A DNA stretch of 64,000 nt from an uncultured Ignavibacteria bacterium. GTDB lineage: Bacteria > Bacteroidota > Ignavibacteria > SZUA-365. The stretch covers positions 7,845 to 71,844 of the forward strand of contig CAJXVM010000022.1 in assembly GCA_913061095.1 (NCBI GenBank), read 5' to 3'. Within the stretch, counting starts at the first letter, position 1; every line of letters begins with the position of its first letter. Position numbers and translations under genes: made by a program. Positions 1 to 7,471 of the stretch are shown here, piece by piece. The notes beneath the pieces are model-generated. The model did not search any database and was not told the origin of the DNA. It saw only the letters and a program-made list of their open reading frames with translations.

Positions 1-1099
1 CCTGCGGATCGAAGTACGCCATGCGAAACACCCGGTCGCCCTCGTAGGGAAGTGCGTCGCGCGGCAGTCCCTTGAAGTCCGGTTTGTCCATCATGAAACC
101 CATATCCTGGAAGGCCAGCTCATTCGAGGAGATCGTGTACTCCTCACCTTCGAAGCCCTTCTTGTCCACGGGCAGGTGATACTCCTTGCCCTCCGAATCA
201 TAGGCCCGCACGGTGAGCCAGAGCTGCCGTTCCTCGACGGATCCGCTGGGGATCTTGTGCCCCGCCTTGTGATTGAAGCACACGACGGTAATTTTGATCT
301 GCTCGCCGGGCACGACCTCACGCACATCGGGATGCACCGACAGCTCCACCGCTCCCGCCAGTCGCGCGGGTGAATGCGCACCCGTGAACAGGTGCTGTGC
401 GACGTCGTCGCGTTCCTTCGACATGATGGAGTTGCGTCCTTTCGCGGCGGGCATGTGGCAGTCCTGGCAGCGCTGTCCCTCCTTGCTGTACGGTCCTTCC
501 TCCCACTCCAGGTGCGTGCTTTTCACCCAGACATCGAACGGACTTTTTTCATTGTGGCAGCTCGCGCAGAGATCGGGCGACGTGGTGAACGCCGATTTTT
601 TCGTGATGTGATGCGGGGATTCCACGCCCTCGCGGTTGCCGTATTTCGTTCGGCCCGGTTCGATCATGAAACTGAAGTTGTAGGGTGTTTCTTCGCCGCT
701 GCCGGTGATCGTGTGACAGACGTCGCAGGACACGCTTTCATCGGCGCGCGATCCGGTGAACGGTTTCGGCGGCGGCACGTCGTCCGCGATGAAGGCCATC
801 GGCGTATGGCAGCCGTTGCAGCCCTCCTGCACCGGATCGAATTTCGGATCCTTTTTCCCGTGCGGGACGGCCAGTTTGAAATACTCGATTTCATCCCAGC
901 TGTGCGTATAGGCCTGCGACATCATGGCCTGCTCGAACTGCCGCGCAAAATCCTTGTGGCAGCTCGCGCAGCGGTCCGGTTTTTCAAAATCGTCGTAGGA
1001 TCCCGTTCCCTTCAGATGTTCCCCCCATGGAATATCCTGCGCCTGCACGGCGGCCGCGGTCAGCAGCAGTCCGACAAGCAGATGGATGGCGGTTTTCAT
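1..1099 (-). CDS. Multiheme c-type cytochrome (at least 5 CxxCH, c554-like), signal peptide; runs off the window edge
   Basis: Hand translation from ATG at 1099 (SD aaggagg): MKTAIHLLVGLLLTAAAVQAQD..., with CASCH, CNGCH, CDVCH, CASCH, CQDCH and a GHKIPSG motif; frame open to position 1. Confidence 0.9.
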   Translation of the reverse strand, partial: MKTAIHLLVGLLLTAAAVQAQDIPWGEHLKGTGSYDDFEKPDRCASCHKDFARQFEQAMMSQAYTHSWDEIEYFKLAVPHGKKDPKFDPVQEGCNGCHTPMAFIADDVPPPKPFTGSRADESVSCDVCHTITGSGEETPYNFSFMIEPGRTKYGNREGVESPHHITKKSAFTTSPDLCASCHNEKSPFDVWVKSTHLEWEEGPYSKEGQRCQDCHMPAAKGRNSIMSKERDDVAQHLFTGAHSPARLAGAVELSVHPDVREVVPGEQIKITVVCFNHKAGHKIPSGSVEERQLWLTVRAYDSEGKEYHLPVDKKGFEGEEYTISSNELAFQDMGFMMDKPDFKGLPRDALPYEGDRVFRMAYFDPQ

Positions 1100-1313
1100 G
1101 CATGCCCTCCTTAGGTGCGACAATGTGTATCAGCTTTGAAGGGTATTCCCGGGGCTGACTGTGCGGCGCATTCCGTCGGTTCCCCGCGGCCGGCCGTAAT
1201 TCAGAGCATCCGGTCTTATTACCTTCGTATGCACAAGGTACGGCTTTTCGGTGAGAGATGCATGGGGACGGGAGGAAGATGAGGGTCGACAGGAACGTGA
1301 GGATCGGATGCGG

Positions 1314-1348
1314 GATCTGCAATCAGCTATCTGCAATCTGCAATCCGG
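1314..1348. repeat. 7-bp tandem repeat (aatctgc) x~5 immediately downstream of the lplA stop
   Basis: gatctgc aatcagc tatctgc aatctgc aatccgg; the stop codon is at 1350-1352. Confidence 0.8.
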
Positions 1349-1349
1349 C

Positions 1350-2177
1350 TCACTCCACGCGATAGCGCCAGTCCGCCGTGGCAAATTTGTCCGCGATGCG
1401 CCGGCGGGCTTCATCGAGTTCGGCGGCAGTGACGGCGGAGGGACGCGTGCGGTACATGCCGGCGAATGCGGCGGCAAGACGCACACGCAGCGTGGGCTGC
1501 GGGAGATGGGTGAAATCGCTGAGCGGGGAGACCTTCTTCACCGCGCTGGCGACGGCCCTGTCGGTGAATTTCGGCTGCTCGAGACGGAGGAGTTTCCACA
1601 TCAGGTCGGTGTCGAGCGCGTAGGCCATGGTGACGTGATGCAGCACGGTGCGCCGGCGGCGGCACTGCGCAGCGCCGCCGATTTTGGCGACGGGAGAGAC
1701 GATGTCGTTGATGGGACGATAGGTTGCCGGAATGCCCAGGGCCTGCAGGGCGCGTATGACCCACATGTCCAGAAAGGCAAAGGATTGCCGGAAGGAGAGT
1801 CCCTCGACGACCCGCTCCGGTACGATCATCGAGTACGTGATGCTGCGCAGCGGTTCGACCACCATCGCGCCTCCCCCGCTGATGCGTCGTGCGAAGGTGA
1901 ATCCCTCCGCCGATGCGGTTTCTGCATCAACCTCACCGCGTACGCTCTGATAGGATCCGAGGATGACGGCGCGCTCGGACCAGTCCCACATCCACAGCAG
2001 CGGCGAACGCTTCCCCTCCGCGACGCGATAGAGCAGCGTCTCATCCAGCGCGCAGTTCATCTCCGCCTTCCGCGGAGATTCGAGGATGAGGTCAAAGGCG
2101 AGCTCGTCGAGACGGGGGTTGAGGGATTGATCCCACGTCGTTTCGCTGAGGGTCGGGTTCCAGGGGGGGATGTACAT
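1350..2177 (-). CDS. lplA: Lipoate-protein ligase A family protein (catalytic domain)
   Basis: N.ALDE, RRISGGGAM, PINDI...KIGGAAQ, LHHVTM motifs; start is ATG 2177 or TTG 2189. Confidence 0.85.
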   Translation of the reverse strand: MYIPPWNPTLSETTWDQSLNPRLDELAFDLILESPRKAEMNCALDETLLYRVAEGKRSPLLWMWDWSERAVILGSYQSVRGEVDAETASAEGFTFARRISGGGAMVVEPLRSITYSMIVPERVVEGLSFRQSFAFLDMWVIRALQALGIPATYRPINDIVSPVAKIGGAAQCRRRRTVLHHVTMAYALDTDLMWKLLRLEQPKFTDRAVASAVKKVSPLSDFTHLPQPTLRVRLAAAFAGMYRTRPSAVTAAELDEARRRIADKFATADWRYRVE

Positions 2178-2203
2178 GCGGATTTCCAAGCGGTCAGATT
2201 ATG

Positions 2204-2347
2204 ATGGATTGCACAGAGAATAATATCACGGATTTTCACGGATTATACCACAGATTCCCACGGATTGGCATTTCGAGCATTCCAATCCGTGAAAATCAGT
2301 GTGTACTCAGTGCAAATCCGTGAAACACATTCTCCGTGTAATCCCAT
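2204..2347. repeat. ~145-bp imperfect palindrome built from cacggatt/cacagatt units (MITE/REPIN-like)
   Basis: Left arm 2204-2268 aligns over ~65 bp with the reverse complement of 2282-2347; innermost stem cacggattgg/ccaatccgtg. Confidence 0.8.
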
Positions 2348-2408
2348 TAAAATCTCCCCCGCATTTCCTATCTTTATCTCCTGTATTTGAAACAGCCAAA
2401 CGGGACAC

Positions 2409-2960
2409 ATGGACTGGTACATTTCCTGGGTCACAGATCAGCCGCTCACATCCGCCGCGATTCAGTTCGGGATACTGGGCACACTCGGCGAGATCATCTC
2501 CCATACGATCAAAACGAAAAAAATCGGCATCCCGAACTCCCCGCTCGAGATGCTGGGCAAGGTGCTGGCGTGGGCGCTGCTGGGCATCGTCATCAAGTAC
2601 GGCTTCACGATGATGAAAGGCGCCGTTGCGGCGCTCATCGAGCACAGCCTCCTCCCCGGTTTCCTGGCGTCGGGACTCGGCTGGGCCTTCAGCGTCTCGG
2701 TGTTCACAAACGTGTTCTTTGGTCCCCAGATGATGTACTTCCACCGCGTCGAAGATAATATCATTCTTCGCCGCTGGAGCTTCGCCGGCATCGAAAACGC
2801 GCTCAAAACGCTCGTCTGGTTCTGGATACCCGCGCATACCGTCACCTTCGCCCTCCCGAAGGAATTCCAGATCGGCCTGGCGGCGGTCTGGAGTGTGGTT
2901 CTTGGAATCATCCTTGGGATGAGTATCAAGCCGCAGACCCCTGCCGGAAGCGAAAACTGA
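2409..2960 (+). CDS. Mpv17/PMP22 family membrane protein
   Basis: Hydrophobic 183 aa; GTLGEIIS and WFWIPAHTVTFALP..FQI motifs. Confidence 0.75.
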   Translation: MDWYISWVTDQPLTSAAIQFGILGTLGEIISHTIKTKKIGIPNSPLEMLGKVLAWALLGIVIKYGFTMMKGAVAALIEHSLLPGFLASGLGWAFSVSVFTNVFFGPQMMYFHRVEDNIILRRWSFAGIENALKTLVWFWIPAHTVTFALPKEFQIGLAAVWSVVLGIILGMSIKPQTPAGSEN

Positions 2961-3113
2961 TCCAGCCACCCGGATCGCATTGTGATGAATCGGGACAGCG
3001 ATGCATCCGAATTTTTCACATGCTCGTCCGATTATCCTTGCGGGGAATCCGAATGATTCCCATCTTTGCAGAAGGCCCGGAAGAGGCTGAAAGTTCAAAG
3101 AATTGCAGGACTT

Positions 3114-3254
3114 ATGTACCGCCAGTACAGCAGACATACCATCCCTCACGCGGCACATGGCGCGGACGCTGTGGCGACGGTGAATGACCGCTGCCGCACG
3201 CGCTCGCGGAAAATCCTGCAGTTCAAACACTACTGCACCGACGCCCCCATCTGA
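3114..3254 (+). CDS. Putative 46-aa Arg-rich leader peptide / small ORF upstream of the arginine operon
   Basis: MYRQYSRHTIPHAAHGADAVATVNDRCRTRSRKILQFKHYCTDAPI; 36 of 45 codons end in G/C; AGGA upstream. Confidence 0.4.
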   Translation: MYRQYSRHTIPHAAHGADAVATVNDRCRTRSRKILQFKHYCTDAPI

Positions 3255-3366
3255 CCCGCCCTCCTCCCCGCTTCGACTCGACATTCGTCGAATTTCATAC
3301 TTCAGATAAACAGCAAGTTTCATCAGAAAAGCGCGGCACCACGGTGCCCGACAGGAGTACGCAGAC

Positions 3367-4287
3367 GTGAAAGCACAAGATTTCCTTACCGTGCGCGACA
3401 TGAGCCAGGAGGAGATCCTCCAGACATTCGACATCGCCCTCGACATGAAGGCCGACCGCATGAAATACGGCGAAGCGCTGAAGGGCGAATCCCTCGCACT
3501 GATTTTCGAAAAACCCTCGCTGCGCACGCGCACCACGTTCGACATCGGCATCCAGCAGCTCGGCGGCTACTCGCTGTACCTCTCGCCGAATGAAATCAAT
3601 CTCGGCAAGCGCGAGTCGGTGTACGACGTCGCCAAGAATCTCGAGCGCATGGTGCAGGGCATCATGATCCGCACCTTCGCGCATCAGATCGTCATCGACA
3701 TGGCCGAATTCGCGTCGATTCCCATTATCAACGGACTGACGGACTACACGCATCCCTGCCAGGCGATGGCCGACTTCCTCACGATCAAGGAACACAAGGG
3801 CGACTTCAAGGGACGGAAGCTCTGCTACGTCGGCGACGGCAACAACGTGGCGCACAGCCTGATGTTCGCCGGCGCGCGACTCGGCATGGACGTCACCGTC
3901 GCCTGTCCGCAGGGCTACGAGCCGAATCTCATCGCCTTCCAGCAGGCCGTTGAGGATGCGAAGGCCACCGGCGCGACGATTTCCGTCGTGCATGACGCCG
4001 CCGAGGGTGTTAAGGATGCCGACGCGGTGTACACCGACGTGTGGGCGTCGATGGGACAGGAAGCCGAGGCCGCCGAACGCCGCCGCATCTTCCTGCCGTA
4101 CCAGGTCAACGAAGACCTGATGGCGAAGGCCAAGAACGACGCCATCTTCATGCACTGCCTGCCGGCGCATCGCGGCGACGAGGTCACCGACGGCGTGATC
4201 GACGCCCCGAACTCTGTGGTCTTCCCCGAGGCCGAAAACCGCCTGCACGTGCAGAAAGCCATCATGTATCAGCTGATGAAAAAGTAA
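3367..4287 (+). CDS. argF: Ornithine carbamoyltransferase (probably catabolic in this context)
   Basis: FEKPSLRTR, HPCQ, DVWASMGQE, HCLPAH motifs; GTG start with aggag SD. Confidence 0.95.
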   Translation: MKAQDFLTVRDMSQEEILQTFDIALDMKADRMKYGEALKGESLALIFEKPSLRTRTTFDIGIQQLGGYSLYLSPNEINLGKRESVYDVAKNLERMVQGIMIRTFAHQIVIDMAEFASIPIINGLTDYTHPCQAMADFLTIKEHKGDFKGRKLCYVGDGNNVAHSLMFAGARLGMDVTVACPQGYEPNLIAFQQAVEDAKATGATISVVHDAAEGVKDADAVYTDVWASMGQEAEAAERRRIFLPYQVNEDLMAKAKNDAIFMHCLPAHRGDEVTDGVIDAPNSVVFPEAENRLHVQKAIMYQLMKK

Positions 4288-4297
4288 GAGGCGCCTG

Positions 4298-5242
4298 ATG
4301 TCCCGTACAGCACTGATTGCCATCGGCGGGAATTCCCTGGTCCGCGCGGGCGAGCGCGGCACCGTCGGCGAACAGCTCGCCAACGCGCACGCCACCGCCC
4401 GCAGCCTCGCGGCTATGGTCAAGCGCGGCTGGCGCATCGTCATTACGCACGGGAACGGTCCCCAGGTGGGGGCCGCCCTGCTGCGCTCCGAGCGCGCCGC
4501 AGGTGAGGTGTACACCCATCCCCTGGATGTGTGCGTGGCCACGACGCAGAGCGAAATCGGCTACCTGCTGCAGCGCGCCATGGAGTACGAACTGCGGCAG
4601 CTCGGCCTGACCACGCCGGTGCTTACCGTCCTCACCCAGGTGCGCGTGGACGCCGACGACCCGGCGTTCACCAATCCCACCAAGCCCATCGGTCCGTTTT
4701 ACTCGAAAGAGGAAGCCGAGCAGAAAAAACGCTCGCTGGGATGGGACGTCGTCGAAGACAGCGCCCGCGGCTGGCGGCGCGTGGTTCCCTCGCCGGAGCC
4801 GAAGGAGGTGTTCGAACAGCATATCATCCGGCATCTGCTGGATGAGGGCATGATCGTCATCGCATGCGGCGGCGGCGGGATTCCCGTGATCGAACATGAG
4901 GACCACCGCGTGGAGGGATCCGAGGCGGTGATCGACAAGGACCGCGCATCGGCCCTGCTTGCCGCCGAACTGGGAGTGGACCTGTTCGCCATCAGCACGG
5001 ACGCGCGGCAGGTGTATGTCGACTTCAAGAAGCCCACGCAGCGCGGACTCGACCGCGTGACCGTCGGTGAACTGCAGACGCTCGCCGACGAAGGACAGTT
5101 TCCGCCGGGCAGCATGGGGCCGAAAGTGGAATCCGCCATCCGCTACCTGCGGAACGGCGGGAAGGAAGTCATCATCACATCCTTCGAATATCTCAACGCC
5201 GCCCTCGACGGGAAGGACGGCACGCACATCACCGCCGAATGA
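4298..5242 (+). CDS. arcC: Carbamate kinase
   Basis: AIGGNSL, THGNGPQVG, PTKPIGPFY, RRVVPSP, GGGGIPV, AVIDKD, GSMGPKV. Confidence 0.95.
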   Translation: MSRTALIAIGGNSLVRAGERGTVGEQLANAHATARSLAAMVKRGWRIVITHGNGPQVGAALLRSERAAGEVYTHPLDVCVATTQSEIGYLLQRAMEYELRQLGLTTPVLTVLTQVRVDADDPAFTNPTKPIGPFYSKEEAEQKKRSLGWDVVEDSARGWRRVVPSPEPKEVFEQHIIRHLLDEGMIVIACGGGGIPVIEHEDHRVEGSEAVIDKDRASALLAAELGVDLFAISTDARQVYVDFKKPTQRGLDRVTVGELQTLADEGQFPPGSMGPKVESAIRYLRNGGKEVIITSFEYLNAALDGKDGTHITAE

Positions 5243-5281
5243 CCGACTTACGCATGTAGCACAGGCAGCGCGAGAAGCACA

Positions 5282-6199
5282 ATGAAACTCAATCACGTCG
5301 TCGAATCCCAGCAGTTCACCGTTCCCCTGCTCATGGAGCTGTTCGAGCGGACGAAATCCATGGAGCGCACCGTGCGCCGCGGCGGCACGCGCGACTACGA
5401 ACACGCCATCATGGGCACGCTGTTCTACCGTCCCTCGACACGCACGCGCTTCTCCTTCGAGTCCGCCATGTACCGTCTCGGCGGCCGCGTGCTTTCCACC
5501 GAGCATGCGATGGAGTTCTCCTCGGAAGTTGCGGGTGAAAAGCTGGAAGACACGATCCGCATCATCGGGCATTACTGCGACGTCATCGTCCTCCGGCACC
5601 ACGAGGAAGGCGGCGCCAAGCGCGCCGCGGCCGTATCCCCCGTCCCCGTCATCAGTGCCGGCGACGGCACGGGCGGTCAGCATCCGACGCAGGCGCTGCT
5701 CGACCTCTACACGATTTACCGCGAATGCCACACGCTCGACGGCCTCTCGGTGGCACTGATCGGCGCGCTGGACCAGGGACGCACGGCGCGTTCGCTGGCG
5801 TACCTGCTCGGCAAGTTCGACCGCACGAAGCTGTACTTCATCGCGCCCGAGGAAATGCAGATCAAGCCCGACATCCTCGAATACCTCGAGAAGCACGGTG
5901 TGTCATACGAGCTGGCATCCGACACGCGGGACATCATCTCGCACGTCGACGTCGTTTACCAGACGCGCATCGACCGCGAGCGGCTGGCCAGCAAGGACAT
6001 CGACCTGACCCCGTACAACATCGACCGGGCGGTGCTCGAAAAGATGCGCTCCGACGCCATCATCATGCACCCGCTGCCGCGGTCGGTGGAGATCGATCAC
6101 GCCGTGGACGATGACACGCGCGCGGCGTATTTCCGGCAGACACAGAACGGACTCTACGTACGCATGGCATTGCTGACCATGCTGCTTGACAACGAATAA
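5282..6199 (+). CDS. pyrB: Aspartate carbamoyltransferase-like protein (plant-type PyrB-like) with altered substrate-binding residues
   Basis: PSTRT, HPTQALLD, HPLPR, AAYFRQ present; FYRPS, SSEVAGE, GALDQGRT and TRIDRER deviate from the ATCase consensus. Confidence 0.8.
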   Translation: MKLNHVVESQQFTVPLLMELFERTKSMERTVRRGGTRDYEHAIMGTLFYRPSTRTRFSFESAMYRLGGRVLSTEHAMEFSSEVAGEKLEDTIRIIGHYCDVIVLRHHEEGGAKRAAAVSPVPVISAGDGTGGQHPTQALLDLYTIYRECHTLDGLSVALIGALDQGRTARSLAYLLGKFDRTKLYFIAPEEMQIKPDILEYLEKHGVSYELASDTRDIISHVDVVYQTRIDRERLASKDIDLTPYNIDRAVLEKMRSDAIIMHPLPRSVEIDHAVDDDTRAAYFRQTQNGLYVRMALLTMLLDNE

Positions 6200-6235
6200 C
6201 AGATTTTCATTCACCCTTTCAATCGCAGGTGATGC

Positions 6236-7432
6236 ATGAACACACAGGAGTATATCGCCCTCGAAGAAGCGTACGGCGCTCATAATTATCATCCGCTTGA
6301 CGTCGTCGTCAGCCGCGCGGAAGGCGTCTGGGTATCCGACGTCGACGGCAACCGGTACCTCGACTGCCTCGCGGCCTATTCCGCGCTGAACCAGGGGCAC
6401 TGTCATCCTGCCATCCTCAAGACGTTCATCGAGCAGGCGGCATTCGTGACGCTGACCAGCCGCGCATTCCGCAACGACCGGCTGCCGCTGCTCTACAAGA
6501 AGCTGCACGACATGACCGGCTACGACATGTCACTGCCCATGAACTCGGGCGCCGAAGCCGTGGAGACTGCGATCAAGACGGCGCGCCGCTGGGGCTACGA
6601 CGTGAAGGGCATCCCGGAGAACAAGGCCGAGATCGTCGTGGCGTCGGGAAACTTCCACGGCCGCACGACCACCATCGTGGGCTTCTCCGACGATCCGTCC
6701 TCATACAGGGGCTTCGGTCCCTACTGCACCGAGGCATTCCCGATGCACGAGTACGGGAATCTCGAGGATTTGAAATCCAAGATCACCGAAAACACCTGCG
6801 CCGTGATGATCGAGCCGATCCAGGGCGAGGGCGGCGTGGTGATTCCGCCGGACGGCTATCTCAAGGGCGTGGAACAGCTCTGCCGCGAGAACAACATCCT
6901 GTTCCTGTGCGACGAGATTCAGTCCGGCCTCGGCCGCAGCGGCAAGATGTTCGCGCATTACTACGAGAACGTGCGTCCCGACATCGTCATCATCGGTAAG
7001 GCGCTGTCCGGCGGCTTTTATCCCGTCTCCGCGATTCTCGCTGACCGCTCCGTGCTCGGTGTGATCCATCCCGGCGAGCATGGGAGCACCTTCGGCGGCA
7101 ATCCGCTCGGTGCCGCGGTTGCGATCCGCGCGCTCGAGGTCATCGAGGAGGAGAACCTCATTGAGAATTCCGCGGAGCTCGGTGCATACATGACCGACCG
7201 CCTGCGCGCGATCGATTCGCCGCATATCACGGAAGTGCGTGGCCGTGGCCTTTGGATCGGTCTTGTACTGGATACGAAAGCGCGTCCGTACACCGAAGCC
7301 CTGAAGGAGGAAGGTATTCTCTGCAAGGAGACACATGAGAACATCATCCGTTTCGCGCCGCCGCTCATCATCACGAAAGACATCATCGACTGGGCGCTCG
7401 AGCGCATCGAAAAAGTTCTGACTTCGAAATAA
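6236..7432 (+). CDS. rocD: Ornithine--oxo-acid aminotransferase
   Basis: GAHNYHPL, AYSALNQGHCHP, LTSRAF, NFHGRT, EPIQGEGGV, DEIQSGLGR, GKALSGG, HGSTFGGNPL. Confidence 0.95.
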   Translation: MNTQEYIALEEAYGAHNYHPLDVVVSRAEGVWVSDVDGNRYLDCLAAYSALNQGHCHPAILKTFIEQAAFVTLTSRAFRNDRLPLLYKKLHDMTGYDMSLPMNSGAEAVETAIKTARRWGYDVKGIPENKAEIVVASGNFHGRTTTIVGFSDDPSSYRGFGPYCTEAFPMHEYGNLEDLKSKITENTCAVMIEPIQGEGGVVIPPDGYLKGVEQLCRENNILFLCDEIQSGLGRSGKMFAHYYENVRPDIVIIGKALSGGFYPVSAILADRSVLGVIHPGEHGSTFGGNPLGAAVAIRALEVIEEENLIENSAELGAYMTDRLRAIDSPHITEVRGRGLWIGLVLDTKARPYTEALKEEGILCKETHENIIRFAPPLIITKDIIDWALERIEKVLTSK

Positions 7433-7471
7433 ACATTTTTCTGTCCCACCAACTGATCAATGGAGTGATCC

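Noticed and set aside
374..1114. 246-aa plus-strand ORF
   Set aside because: Shadow of the minus-strand multiheme cytochrome
3114..3254. Direct homology of the leader ORF to SpeFL
   Set aside because: SRHTIPH and ILQFKH loosely recall SpeFL, but the match is too short and spacing differs; kept only as an analogy
2960..3366. ArgR (ARG box) operators
   Set aside because: Only partial tgaat/tgcat half-sites with wrong spacing
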